DNA of 64,000 bases from an uncultured Methanoregulaceae archaeon (lineage in GTDB: Archaea > Halobacteriota > Methanomicrobia > Methanomicrobiales > Methanospirillaceae), in NCBI GenBank assembly GCA_963705255.1, contig OY970061.1, forward strand, positions 384,001 through 448,000, written 5' to 3'. The translations under genes and the position numbers were made by a program. The stretch's first letter is position 1; the number at the start of each line of letters is the position of its first letter. Of the stretch, positions 52,602 through 64,000 are shown piece by piece. A model generated the notes under the pieces. The model saw nothing but the letters and a program-made list of their open reading frames with translations. It searched no databases and was not told where the DNA came from.

Positions 52602-53801
52602 ATGAACATTCTCGTCGTCCAGGAATCCAACTGGCTCACCCGCAACCCACATCAGCAGCACCATCTCATGGAGCGTCTCGCAGCCAGGGGGCATTCCATC
52701 AGGGTAATCGATTATGATATCGACTGGAAGAAAAGTAGTACCCAAAATGGACTTTCAAGCCCGAGGACCGTGTACCAGAATGTACACAAGATCCTCCCTG
52801 ATATTTCCATTGGAGTAATTCGTCCTCAATCCATCAGGTTTCCCGTCCTTGAATATCCCGGACTCCTGATTACTCACCGCCAGGAAATCATACGGCAGAT
52901 AGGTGAGTTCAAACCCGATATTATTATTGGATTCGGGATCCTGAATGCCTGGATAGCGGCGCGGCTGGCACGGCATCATTCCATTCCATTCATCTATTAC
53001 TGGATCGATGCACTTGACACCCTGATTCCTGAAAAGTTATTCCAGATACTAGGTCGCTCCCTCGAAAAACAAACCCTCCGAAATTCTTCGAAGGTCATTG
53101 CCATTAACGAAACACTCAAGGATTATGCTATCAATCTTGGGGGAAATCCTGAAAACACTACACTCATAGGTGCCGGTATCGATCTTGACCGGTTCAATCC
53201 GACTATCGATGGATCCGCAATCAGATCTGCCTACGGTATCGGGCATGATGATATCGTGCTTTTCTTTATGGGCTGGCTCTACCATTTTTCGGGCTTAAAA
53301 GAGGTCGCACTTGAGATCGCCCGTTCACGCGATCATTATCGCCACCTTAAGGTCCTCATTGTCGGGGAGGGGGATGCCTTTTCTGATCTTGAGCGCATAC
53401 GGGATGAGAATCAGCTGAGTGATTCTCTTATCCTTACCGGCAAACAACCTTATGAGAAAATTCCTGAATTTATCGCTGCAAGTGATATTTGCATTTTACC
53501 CGCAGACCCCGGAGAGAAGATCATGCAGGATATTGTCCCCATCAAGATGTATGAATATATGGCTGTAGGAAAACCGGTTATCAGCACAAGGTTACCGGGA
53601 ATTTTGCGGGAATTTGGAGAGGGAAACGGGGTTCTTTACGCGGATTCCCCGGAAAATGTTCCCGAAACTGCATATATTATTGCCACGAATGGATCAATGA
53701 AAAATCATGGGAATTCTGCCAGAATATATGTCCAAAATTTTGACTGGAATACCATCACTGATACATTTGAAACCTTAATAAAAGAGGTGGATAACAAGTG
53801 A
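52602..53801 (+). CDS. Glycosyltransferase family 4
   Basis: VGEG, PIKMYEYMAVGKPVIST and NFDW. Confidence 0.88.
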   Translation: MNILVVQESNWLTRNPHQQHHLMERLAARGHSIRVIDYDIDWKKSSTQNGLSSPRTVYQNVHKILPDISIGVIRPQSIRFPVLEYPGLLITHRQEIIRQIGEFKPDIIIGFGILNAWIAARLARHHSIPFIYYWIDALDTLIPEKLFQILGRSLEKQTLRNSSKVIAINETLKDYAINLGGNPENTTLIGAGIDLDRFNPTIDGSAIRSAYGIGHDDIVLFFMGWLYHFSGLKEVALEIARSRDHYRHLKVLIVGEGDAFSDLERIRDENQLSDSLILTGKQPYEKIPEFIAASDICILPADPGEKIMQDIVPIKMYEYMAVGKPVISTRLPGILREFGEGNGVLYADSPENVPETAYIIATNGSMKNHGNSARIYVQNFDWNTITDTFETLIKEVDNK

Positions 53802-54797
53802 AAGATTACCGGGCATACATAACAAAGATCTCGCATCTCCGTGATGATATTACAAATAGTCTCGAATTCATAAAATGGAAGGATTCCATCCGCAATGATT
53901 CTACGGTCTTCATCAAACCCAATTTTACGTACCCCTTCTATAAAGAAGGTATCACTACTAATCCCTTCGTCCTGAAAGAGATCCTGGCAATCCTCAAAGA
54001 CCGGGCGGGGCGGGTTATTGTCGGGGAATCTGATGGGGGCAACCATTCCTTCTCTGCCGATACAGCATTCAAAGGTCACGGGATGTCCGGGATCTGCAAA
54101 GAGACTGGTGCGGAACTTGTCAACCTGTCAACGCTTCCTTCGAAATACATAGAGGATAGTATCCGTGGAAAGAGGGTTAAAGTCCAGGTGCCGGATCTTC
54201 TTGTTGACGAAATTGACTGTTTTATTTCGGTTCCCGTTCTCAAAGTGCACGTGATGACGACAGTCACCCTGAGTATGAAGAACCTGTGGGGTCTGTTATC
54301 CTGATACCATGCGATGTCTGCATCATAAATATTTGAGCCGGAAACTGACGCTGCTCACCAGGATACTTGATCCAAAAATTGCTATCATCGACGGCACCTA
54401 TGCCCTTGACGGGCATGGGCCGATGTATGGTGAAGCGGTAAAAACAGATCTCCTGATGGCGGCAAACAACCCGGTCGTTGGCGATGCGTTTGGCTCAGCG
54501 ATTATGGGGATCCCGGTTTCACTGGTTGAACATATCATGATCGCAGAAAAAGAGGGGTTGGGGGCAACAAATCTTGATGCTGTCCACTTCAATGAAGACT
54601 GGAAAAAATACCAGATGCACTTTCAGGTTAATAAAACAATAATCGACCAGCTTTCTACGATCCTTTTCAACAGCGAGTGCATGGCAAAACTGGTGATGGA
54701 TTCACCGGTAAAACCAATTATTTATGGGGTTGCTACAAAATTGAGAAATAGAGATGAACAGCGGGTAAATGATCAACTGAAACGAGGGCATGAATGA
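53798..54797 (+). CDS. DUF362 domain protein (frameshift ~54293)
   Basis: FIKPNF, TTNP, GESDGG, PVLKVH, TLSMKNLWG/CYP, IIDG..G.GP..G. Confidence 0.85.
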
Positions 54798-55943
54798 AAA
54801 TATTGCAGGTGATACCATTTTTCTCACCTGAATTCGGCGGATCAGTAGCGGTTCTCTATACATTATCAAAGGAACTTGCAAAGCAGAACCACGATGTGAC
54901 GATTATCACCACTGATTTCGGTTTTGATTTGCAGTACGCTGACACGATCCGAAGTGAAGGCGTTACGGTGATCCCTTTTCACTGCATTGCAAATTGGGGC
55001 TTCTTTTTATATTCCCCCTCCATGAAGATCTGGCTTGATCAAAATTTGAAGGGGTTTGACATAATCCACCTCCATAATTTTCGGTCATATCAGAATATCG
55101 TGATTCATACATCCGCGATGAAGTATGGGATTCCCTATATTATACAGGCTCACGGCTCGGTACTCCCTTTTTTTGAAAAGCAAAACCTGAAAAAACTGTA
55201 CGATTTTGTGTGGGGGCATAAAATCCTGACAGATGCAATAAAATTAATTGCCGTATCAAAAGTTGAGAGCGCACAATACAAAAAAATGGGAGTACCCGGA
55301 AACAAAAATCGAAATTATTCCGAACGGGATTGATGTATCTGAATATACGTCTCTTCCAGAACGGGGAGTGTTTCGAAAAAAACATGGCATTGCATCAGGT
55401 GAAAAGATTATCCTCTACTTGGGAAGATTGCATAAACGGAAGGGGATACATTTCCTGATAAACGGTTTTTCATTTTTTTTAAATCAATATCGAAAGGGAA
55501 TTCTTGTAATTGCAGGTCCGGATGATGGATTTCGAAATATTCTGGTCCGGCAGGTAAAAAATTTAAAAATCGATAATAATGTAATCTTTACCGGTCCTCT
55601 CTCCATGGATGAAAAACGGGAAGCATTCGTCGATGCTGATGTATTGGTATATCCGGGGGTATTAGAGATATTTGGACTGGTGCCATTTGAAGCGATAATG
55701 TGCGGGACGCCGGTTATTGTGACAGATGATTGTGGGGGTGGGGAGATCATTGAAGACGCTGATTGCGGATATTTAGTAAAATACGGAGATGCCAACCAAT
55801 TAAAAGACCAGATAAACAGATTATTCGATACTTCCCAGGAGTCCTCCAATTTTATAATGAACGGTCAGGAATATATACATAAAAATTTAAATTGGGCTAA
55901 TTTAATAGGAAAATTTGAATCTCTTTATTACAAGTGTATCTAA
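54794..55943 (+). CDS. Glycosyltransferase family 4 (frameshift ~55296)
   Basis: FGGS, AHGS, IIPNGID, LGRLHKRKG, AGPDDG and EIFGLVPFEAIMCGTPV. Confidence 0.88.
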
Positions 55944-55977
55944 ACATTACAAATTCCACATCAAAGGAGAAACGTGA

Positions 55978-56799
55978 ATGGATCCACAAATACCAAAAAT
56001 TTCAATTGTAACACCATCGCTTAATCAATCGCAATATTTAGAGACAACAATACAATCGGTCGTCAATCAAAATTATCCCAATTTGGAATATATAATAATG
56101 GATGGAGGTTCGACGGATGGGAGTGTAGATATTATAAAAAAATATACAAATTTTATAACATATTGGGAAAATAATCCCGATAAAGGTCAAGCCGATGCGA
56201 TATTTCGCGGCTTTGAAAAATCAACCGGGGAAATTATCGCTTGGATTAACTCTGATGATTATTATCTGGAAGGAGCATTTGCCTGTGTAGAGGATTTCTT
56301 TGCACACCATCCGGAAATCCAATGGGTTATTGGAGATGGAATGTTCGTTGATGAAAACAATAAGAAATTGCTTGACTGTTATTGTCCAACGATTGATCAC
56401 GATCGATTATTATATTTTGGTATGACGTTTCTTCAACCTACCCTGTTTATCAGAAGAGAGTTTTTTTTTACATCTGGGGGTTTTGACCGGGAATTAAAAT
56501 TTTCTTTTGATTATGATCTGGTATTACGATTATCGATACGCAGTCCGCCAGGAAAAATTAATTCAATGCTGACAGCGTTTCGTCTTCATAAAACAAGTAA
56601 AACGAATACTATACCTGAAATTAATACTTTGGAGGACAAATATTTAAAAAAGAAATATCGGAAAGATCATTCGAAACATATAGAATTCAATTATAGGCGA
56701 TTTTTATATGGATTGGAACTTTTAATTCATAGATTAAAAACTTGCGGAGTTATACCCTATATTTCATTTAAATTTTTCATAAATTCGAGTAAACGTTGA
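55978..56799 (+). CDS. Glycosyltransferase family 2
   Basis: ISIVTPSLNQ, DGGSTDGS, WINSDD, QP and DYDL. Confidence 0.92.
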   Translation: MDPQIPKISIVTPSLNQSQYLETTIQSVVNQNYPNLEYIIMDGGSTDGSVDIIKKYTNFITYWENNPDKGQADAIFRGFEKSTGEIIAWINSDDYYLEGAFACVEDFFAHHPEIQWVIGDGMFVDENNKKLLDCYCPTIDHDRLLYFGMTFLQPTLFIRREFFFTSGGFDRELKFSFDYDLVLRLSIRSPPGKINSMLTAFRLHKTSKTNTIPEINTLEDKYLKKKYRKDHSKHIEFNYRRFLYGLELLIHRLKTCGVIPYISFKFFINSSKR

Positions 56800-57437
56800 A
56801 ACATATCATCTATTTCAATTCTATAGTAAATTTTAGATCACATCAATTCTCTCTTCGGTAATGATTGATGTGTTTATCCAAAATTTTGCAGATCCGTTCA
56901 TTGCCGATAGTAATTTTTACAAATCCTCCTCATAACAGCGAAAAGTCTTAAGATCGCCCTCTATTTTTTCGTCACTTCCGAACCGATAAATTTGTTATTA
57001 GCCTGTTGATTTTTATGATCTTGGATAATTCGGATATAAATCTACCGTACGTCTTCATGGCATGAGCCATTTTTTGTACTTTGATACATATATGCGCCTC
57101 TAACGCAGGTACTTTTATTCAATCTGAACAAGACTCCTGATGGCGCTAAATTTATCATTTGATCGGCAATACTACTCATCACCTCCATTGCCAAACACAA
57201 CTTTTACATAAGTTTCTCTCGTATTAATGATAGTAAAGACATGAAAAATTTAGGAGTTCATATTAGCCATAATAGCATAGCTTCATTTTGTATTGAAATC
57301 GTAAATGTGATTACAGCAGTAAAATCCCCTCTCTATATAAAAAAAATCCCTTTATCTAAAAAAATTAAATCTCTCTCAGCGAGTATCATTTTGTGCATGT
57401 CACATCGGTATATTAATACAAAAACTGGTGAAGCGGA

Positions 57438-58586
57438 TTGAAAATCGCTTTCATTACTCATGCAACTAGTTTTGGCGGCGCAGCATTAAGTTCATCGAAA
57501 ACAATTCAATTTCTTCTCGATAAAGGATTATTACAACCAGAAGAATGTTTGCTAATTCAACCAAAACACCGAGATCCTTCTGATGAAAAAAATGATGTAT
57601 ATTTTAATTTGAAAAAAAAATTATACTTTTATGAGTTTAAACTTCCGTTCAGTCCGGTCTTTAAAGGTGCCACATCGGATTATATCATTCGATTATTCAA
57701 TATCTATAAAGGAATTATTTCGATTTTTTCCTTTTTATTTTTTTATAATAAAATTCTTAAGCGAGAAAAGATTACTGTAGTGCATTTGAATTCACTTGTA
57801 TTGTGGCCAATTTTATTGGTTCTTCCCAAATCGATGAAAAAGATAATTCATATTCGAGAAGTTCCGAATGATTCAATAGAGGCAAAGATAGCAATTTTTG
57901 TTATTACGCGCCATGCCACAAAAATAATTTCGATTGATCCGATATCAAATATTTCATTCTTTAAAAGTGGTAAATCTGTTGTAATTTCAAATCCATATAC
58001 AATGACCAAGTCGCGTCAAATTAGACAAATAAAAAAATCAATTAAATTGGAATTTGGCATTCCTCCGGAATCTTTTATAGTATCGATATTTGGACTGATA
58101 GGCGAACAAAAAGGATTCGATTTTTTTTTAAAAATTATAAAATCGTCCATTCAAATACAAAATCTGATTTTTTTAATAGTAGGTAAACCTTCAGGAAGAT
58201 ATGGAGAAAAATGTGTTCAGTTATTAAACGAATATCCGAATGTAAAATACATGGGAGAATTTACAGATACTAGTAAATTTTATGCAATAACCGATGTAGT
58301 TATTCGGTGTGAGGATTATCTGCCGTTAGGGCGAACCGTTTGGGAAGGAATTTTTGCCGGTGGATTAGCTCTTGTTCCTGTAAACAAAAATGATGACGCC
58401 TCGGTAATTCAGGGTTATATTGGAAAATATATCTATCTTTATCAGGCCTTAAATATTGACAGTTGTATCGAAACCCTTAATGATATTATTAAAAAGTATC
58501 CTGATACTGTTTTAGACTCCGGGTATCCAGTTACAGATAATATTGCAACTAGTGCGGAACAATTCTTCAAAGAAATAAATTTATAG
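57438..58586 (+). CDS. GT-B fold glycosyltransferase (divergent GT4)
   Basis: FGGAALS, VHLNS, HIRE, QKGFD and PLGRTVWEG. Confidence 0.75.
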   Translation: MKIAFITHATSFGGAALSSSKTIQFLLDKGLLQPEECLLIQPKHRDPSDEKNDVYFNLKKKLYFYEFKLPFSPVFKGATSDYIIRLFNIYKGIISIFSFLFFYNKILKREKITVVHLNSLVLWPILLVLPKSMKKIIHIREVPNDSIEAKIAIFVITRHATKIISIDPISNISFFKSGKSVVISNPYTMTKSRQIRQIKKSIKLEFGIPPESFIVSIFGLIGEQKGFDFFLKIIKSSIQIQNLIFLIVGKPSGRYGEKCVQLLNEYPNVKYMGEFTDTSKFYAITDVVIRCEDYLPLGRTVWEGIFAGGLALVPVNKNDDASVIQGYIGKYIYLYQALNIDSCIETLNDIIKKYPDTVLDSGYPVTDNIATSAEQFFKEINL

Positions 58587-58612
58587 AAATTATTTATATG
58601 ATTATTTGTTAA

Positions 58613-59772
58613 TTATTCTTTTTGAATTGCATTGATAGATTTACCTACAAACCGGAAAATAACTCCTATTGCTTTATATATTTTTGAATTTTCATATGAG
58701 GGAAAATCCTCGAATTTTCTTTTGGGTAATTTCATTATTCTCTCAAATTCTTCTTCGGCAATTCCAAATTTTTTAATGACATATTCGTTATCTTGGCTTT
58801 GCATCTCTTGTGGATAGGGTTCGTTTTCCAATTCATCAATCGCTTTGGATCTGGAAATTTCTCCCGAACAGATTAAACTTGACAGATGTGTCCTTCTTTT
58901 ATCATATCCAAATTTATTTGGCAAAATATATCCCTGATAAAATCGGGTATAGATTGATTCATAGTGTTTACCCCCATAATATTTCCAACCCAATTCCTTC
59001 TCAAGGAGATTCATCGCTTCTTTCTTGGAATAATTCAGGTAATTCAAAATATTGATTGTTTTATGGGTAATCAGATAACGCTTTAGGGTGAAATAATCCA
59101 TATGGGGGAATGTTGTAAGGGGGAGATGGCCATATCTCTTATGGATGCTTGTAATATACTTCCAATCCAGATGACCCTGGGACCAGGTCTTGGGAGATGG
59201 GATTCTGTCCTGATGTTGCACCCGTAAATAATATATTTTATCCTTTTCTCATGTGCAATATCGTGTAAAATCGCATTAATTGCATGATCGCTGGGGATTT
59301 CAGAGTCAGGCGTCGAAGCATATAAAAAAGACAGTTGCAGGTCTTTAAACTCTTCCCAATCGATCACATGGGTATAGAGATCGATATTGAGTTTCCTTAA
59401 AAACAATTCAATGTTTTTTACAGCAAGTTCCGAATCCCATCCATTATCGAGATGAACCGCAAGGGGGCGCAAGCCTAATTCTTTCACTTTGTATGCAACA
59501 AAGGAACTGTCAATACCCCCGCTAACCCCAATAATACAATCATATTCTTTTCCTGTGCCGGATTTTTTAATTTCATTAACGATATGATTTAATTTTTCTT
59601 TTCCCTCTTCGCCATCAAAAACAAATCTCTTTACTGATTCATCATACTGATGACAATGATTACACATACCGTTTCCATCAAACTGTATTTCAGGATCCGT
59701 TGTATCCATTACACAACGACTGCATATCTGATATTTTTCTCTCATGTGCATCATCTGAGATTTTGTATTCAA
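58613..59772 (-). CDS. N-acetyl sugar amidotransferase, WbuX/AglX-like (frameshift ~59192; start may be 59745)
   Basis: CSRCVMDT..CNHC, YDCIIGVSGGIDSS PP-loop, DNGWDSE, DHAI, KHYES and DKRR. Confidence 0.9.
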
Positions 59773-60532
59773 TGTAATCCGCCGGACTTTAGCTCTTCGT
59801 CATTTGGGAAATTAATTAATACTGCTTGGTGTTTGCCATAATATACAAACATACTCCCCGCGGCAACGGCAGAAGCTCCTCCATCAAGGACCGCCTTACC
59901 AAAATCCCTCACGGTTCCAGCTCCCCCGCATGCAACGACAGGAATTGATACGGAATCGGATACGGATTTGATGAGGGGGATATCGTAGCCGTTCCTGGTT
60001 CCATCATGGTCGATGGAATTCAGAAAAATTTCTCCTGCTCCCAGCCTTTCTGCCTCCTGCGCCCATGTGACTGGATCCCAACTGGTTTTCATTTTGCCGC
60101 CGTACGTATAAGTCTGGTAATTACCAAAAAAATTCTTTTTTACATCGATAGAAACAACAATGCTCTGGCTCCCAAACAGATCAGCAAGTTCATGGATGAA
60201 TGACAGGTTTTCAACAGCGTAGGAGTTTATGATAACTTTCTCAACACCCCGGTTAAAAATATCTTCTGCGTGTTTCACAGATTTTATGCCTCCGCCATAT
60301 CCAAGGGGCATGAAGCACTCACTTGCGATATCGGAGATATAGTCCAGTCGGGGGGATCTCTTTTCTGTCGATGCGGTAATATCAAGAAAAACCAATTCAT
60401 GGACTTCTTTGTCATTGAAAATTTTAACTGCGTTTATGGGATCTCCAATATACTTCGGAGTGGTAAAGTTGATGGTTTTTACTAATCCCTGCCCTTTTAA
60501 CAACAAGCAGGGAATTACCCTGTACGAATCAA
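59769..60532 (-). CDS. HisF-like subunit of acetamidino module, AglZ/WbuZ-like (frameshift in first codons)
   Basis: TTG-IRT/RVIPCLLL, YIGDPINAVKIFNDKEVHEL, ECFMP, GGGI and AAGSMFVY. Confidence 0.9.
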
Positions 60533-60554
60533 AGTGAGTCCTCTCGAAGCGCTA

Positions 60555-61169
60555 TTATCTGTTGTTACAGAAGTTCACTAATAGTCTCATCCCATATTTA
60601 TGACTTTTTTCCGGATGAAATTGTACTCCGATGATGTTATCTTTTGCAAGTGAAGATACAAAATCATATCCGTAGTGAGATGTTGATAATACATCTTCGC
60701 TGCGATTGCATACAACATGGAATGAGTGCACAAAATAATACATGGCATTGATATCTGTGTCTTTGAATAGAAAATGCGATTTTTTGATATCCAGGTTGTC
60801 CCATCCCATGTGCGGTATTTTGAGAGAAGAGTTTTTATCCATATTAAATTTGATCGTTTTTGCATCTACCCAACCCAATCCTTGCTGTGTCCCTTCTTCA
60901 CTTGTTTTGGTAAACAACTGCATGCCAAGGCAAATGCCAAGGATAGGGGTTTTATCCCTGATAACTTTTTTATTAAGAATATCTATTAAATTGAGTTCCC
61001 GTAACTTTTGCATTCCATGATTGAATGAACCGACACCGGGCAGGATTAAATTTTCAGCGGATTCGATGTCTCCGATATCAGATGATATTTTTGAAGAAAC
61101 CCGAATTTTTTTAAGCATGTTGGCCAATGAACCAAGATTTCCCATGCCGTAATCGACGATGATCGACAT
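60555..61169 (-). CDS. HisH-like glutamine amidotransferase, AglY/WbuY-like
   Basis: DYGMGN, LPGVG, GICLGMQ, PHMGW, YFVHS and QFHPEKS. Confidence 0.93.
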   Translation of the reverse strand: MSIIVDYGMGNLGSLANMLKKIRVSSKISSDIGDIESAENLILPGVGSFNHGMQKLRELNLIDILNKKVIRDKTPILGICLGMQLFTKTSEEGTQQGLGWVDAKTIKFNMDKNSSLKIPHMGWDNLDIKKSHFLFKDTDINAMYYFVHSFHVVCNRSEDVLSTSHYGYDFVSSLAKDNIIGVQFHPEKSHKYGMRLLVNFCNNR

Positions 61170-61236
61170 TTATAATTCCATCAAATTGAGTATCATTTTT
61201 ACATGTCCATTAATGTAAATTATTTACTCAGTGGTG

Positions 61237-62277
61237 CTATTCTGGTATGTTAAAGATGGACCGCCATCTATAGGGAGATATTAATAAATTACGAGTTTTT
61301 CTTAATAAATTGAATATTCGGGAATTGTAACGATAGGTCTCATTTGGGGTAAAATATTTATTTGTCCGTTCTATGCTCTGAAAAATATCACAGGATGCAC
61401 AAGGAATATCTGATCGCGGCTTAACATGACCAAGTAACATTTTTTGGGCATAATCAATTTTTTCAGAATTTACACACGAAATAAATCCTTCGAATGCATT
61501 TCCTCCAAATTCACTCCATACATTCCAGCAACATCCCGTTACTCTGCCATTCCAACTAATCCGAGGACTGGACCATAAAGATAAACAGGTTGGTCTGACA
61601 AAATTAATTCCTGTAATTTTTTCATATTCTTCACGTGTTACTGCTGGCCATCCGGTTTCAGACATCACAAATTCTTTGTTTATTATTGGAGAATAGTTAG
61701 AATTCCAATTCATTTTGGGATAAAATTCCATATTTAAATTTCGAGCCATCTTTCTTGCCCGTGGGAGTTCGTGCTCATTATGGCCAAATACTATGAATTG
61801 CCATTTTAATTTCGGGAATTTTGAATGATATTGATCTTTATAATAATTAATTGACTTAATATTATTGATAACTTTTTCAAAATTTCCTCCCACTCTATAC
61901 AATTGATATGTCTCTTGAGTTGCTCCATCTATTGAACATGTGATAAAATTAAATCGATATTTTACGAGACTTTCGAGCATTTCAGGTTTGGCGGTGTTTA
62001 AATTTACACCGGTATTGCAGGAGATTGCAATTTTCTTTTCATAAGCATATTTGATCAAAGAGATTAAATCGGGATTTAAAAAAAGTTCTCCGAAATTATC
62101 GAATTCAACGGTCTGAATTTGAGGATTTGCATCAATAAGATTTTTAAAATTTCTAAATTTTAGATAACCCCGGCCAACATTAAATTCATATCCCATTTTT
62201 GTTGCAGGACATTCCTTACATCTAAGTTGGCAAATTGAACATGCATCGATATTAATATGACTGGGTTTTATTCTCAT
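61237..62277 (-). CDS. Radical SAM protein with SPASM/twitch domain
   Basis: CQLRCKEC, GELFLN, SIDGATQETY..YR.GG and HNEHE; C-terminal C..G.VTGCC..CASC. Confidence 0.9.
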   Translation of the reverse strand: MRIKPSHINIDACSICQLRCKECPATKMGYEFNVGRGYLKFRNFKNLIDANPQIQTVEFDNFGELFLNPDLISLIKYAYEKKIAISCNTGVNLNTAKPEMLESLVKYRFNFITCSIDGATQETYQLYRVGGNFEKVINNIKSINYYKDQYHSKFPKLKWQFIVFGHNEHELPRARKMARNLNMEFYPKMNWNSNYSPIINKEFVMSETGWPAVTREEYEKITGINFVRPTCLSLWSSPRISWNGRVTGCCWNVWSEFGGNAFEGFISCVNSEKIDYAQKMLLGHVKPRSDIPCASCDIFQSIERTNKYFTPNETYRYNSRIFNLLRKTRNLLISPYRWRSIFNIPE

Positions 62278-62289
62278 TTTTTACCTTAT

Positions 62290-62706
62290 GTTCAATAATC
62301 TCTTTCCGGATGCAAATGTATTTCCGTAATAGTACCATTCGCTGCCGATGATACAAAATCTTATCCATCGTGAGATATTGATGTAGTATCCTGAATTCAT
62401 TTCACTCAGTTGCATCTACCCGGCCTCATCTTACTGAGTTCCGTCTTCATTTGTTTGTGAACATCTTCATTCTAAGCCAAATGCTCATGATTATGGGGTT
62501 TATCCTTGACAACCTTTTTATTAAGAATAACTATTAAATTGAGTTCCCTCAACTTTTGCATTCCATGATCGAATGAACCGATGCCGGGCAGGATTAAATT
62601 TTCAGCGGATTCGATGTCTCCGATGTCGGATGATATTTTTGCATAAACCCGAATTTTTTTGGCCAATGAACCAAGATTTCCCACACCGTAATCAATGATA
62701 ATTATC
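62290..62706 (-). pseudogene. Decayed duplicate of the hisH-like gene
   Basis: 62500-62700 is near-identical to 60950-61160 with a 9-bp deletion. It then shows a frameshift, stops and remnants of the WVDA, DFVSS and HPE-coding segments. Confidence 0.85.
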
Positions 62707-62723
62707 GAGCAGCGTCCTAGATA

Positions 62724-63998
62724 TTATGATTTTTTATTATTTTTTAATATATTTACTAAATCTTTAACAAAAGATTGTAAATTCTTTTCCGAATTATATT
62801 TTTTATCCCAATTTTCGTAGCTCTTTTTTTTCTTGTCTTGTATTAAGGTACGATCATCCAATAAAATGCAAATTGCGTCCGCAATTTCTCCAGGTTCAGG
62901 ATTCTCACTTAATAATATGCCATTATCGTTAGTAACAATTTCCGGATTCCCTCCAACACCCGTTGCGATCACAGGAATGCTACAACTTTGTGCTTCCATA
63001 ATGGAAACAGGGGTTCCTTCTGATGAACTAACATTGATAAAAACTTCAATTTTATTATTCTGATAAAATGATATAACGCCTCCTTTTGGTAAAAATCCTA
63101 AAAAAGTAAATTTTACATTTTGCGGTAACTGTATCCCTGCCATATGTTCCAATTCTGACCTTAATGGGCCATCCCCAATATGTACCCATTCAAAAATCTG
63201 GTCTTTACGGTTTTTTCCAAGTTCTGCAAGACCTCTAATCAGCAATTCAATTCGTTTTACAGAAACCAAATACGAGCATGATACCAATCGGAAAACGTTA
63301 TCTTCCGATGGAATTGTTAAACTTTTCTGTTCTGACACTCCTAATCGAGATGTAGTGAATATCGCATCAAAATCGGGATATTTTAATGAGAGGTATGATT
63401 TGCCACTTTCTGAAGCCAAAAAGATTTTATCGATACCGGAAAAAATTTCTGGTCTGAAGGGAATAAATGGCGGATCATAAATTTCTTCGTATAAATCAGC
63501 CCTGTGTGCTCTTGAAACAATCTTAATACTGGGATATTTCCTTTTTGCTAGACAAATCCCCATTGTTATTTCATCCAACCAATATGTATAAAAAATTGTT
63601 TTTGTCAAATCAATATTGTTGTTCTCAATGTATTTTATTGCCCAGATTTTGGTTCGTAAGGCGACTCCGAAATAGTCTATTATTCTGATAATTGAACGAA
63701 TTTGCTTTTTTTTAATTTCATTATAAAAATCTAAAAAAGTAAAAACCAAAAGAAAGTTTTTGATTTTGGATTTGGCTGCCCTGGAAGGTTTCAACAATTT
63801 TCCTAAAGTAGTCTCTATCAAAATACCGTTGGGGAGTTCTGTTTCCTCCCTCCCTACATATTTGGGAATAATGACAACAGAACCGAATGAAGATTTAAGG
63901 TAAGAAAGTTCGGGCTCAATAAACGTATCTTCTGCAGCTGATGATCTATAAGGATATGATCCGGTAAATAATAGAACCTTGAAGTTTGAACCAATCAT
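62724..63998 (-). CDS. Glycosyltransferase family 4 (start at window edge)
   Basis: RAHRADLY, KRIE, HIGDGPL and NVSSSEGTPVSIMEAQS..TGVGGNPE. Confidence 0.88.
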   Translation of the reverse strand: MIGSNFKVLLFTGSYPYRSSAAEDTFIEPELSYLKSSFGSVVIIPKYVGREETELPNGILIETTLGKLLKPSRAAKSKIKNFLLVFTFLDFYNEIKKKQIRSIIRIIDYFGVALRTKIWAIKYIENNNIDLTKTIFYTYWLDEITMGICLAKRKYPSIKIVSRAHRADLYEEIYDPPFIPFRPEIFSGIDKIFLASESGKSYLSLKYPDFDAIFTTSRLGVSEQKSLTIPSEDNVFRLVSCSYLVSVKRIELLIRGLAELGKNRKDQIFEWVHIGDGPLRSELEHMAGIQLPQNVKFTFLGFLPKGGVISFYQNNKIEVFINVSSSEGTPVSIMEAQSCSIPVIATGVGGNPEIVTNDNGILLSENPEPGEIADAICILLDDRTLIQDKKKKSYENWDKKYNSEKNLQSFVKDLVNILKNNKKS

Positions 63999-64000
63999 AA

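Noticed and set aside
59769-61169. hisF/hisH as histidine biosynthesis genes
   Set aside because: The context with an N-acetyl sugar amidotransferase and GTs, and the GDPINAVKIFN motif, indicate the glycan-modifying paralogs.

Overview
Archaeal chromosomal window, most likely a Methanomicrobiales (Methanoregula-like) methanogen, judged from pscS, aIF-1A, AglB, methanogen-type ThiI, DUF2150 and the style of the PAS histidine kinases. Bases 1-34.6 kb are GC-rich housekeeping and accessory genes: two sensor kinases, an Isf-like flavoprotein with two DUF169 genes, lemA/DUF2207, TMEM175, MFS and ABC transporters, amtB, a two-domain PPK2, thiI, a TPR-Schlafen(AlbA_2) protein and a DtxR-feoB operon with a palindromic operator. 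Bases 34.9-64 kb are a large surface-glycosylation locus that becomes progressively more AT-rich. It holds a divergent AglB, a RelE-type TA pair, GT2/GT4 enzymes, two GT-C-like membrane proteins, DUF1616 genes, wecB, epimerases, an aglXYZ-like acetamidino module, a radical SAM gene, an IS481-like remnant and a decayed hisH copy. The most unusual signal is a family of non-coding, hairpin-rich elements. They share GGCTYTGGAGAA-type terminal inverted repeats and 8-bp target duplications but carry interchangeable internal modules. At least 12 genes carry isolated single-base frameshifts that look like long-read consensus errors. No tRNA, rRNA or CRISPR array was seen. All family calls are from motif recognition by eye, without database searches.
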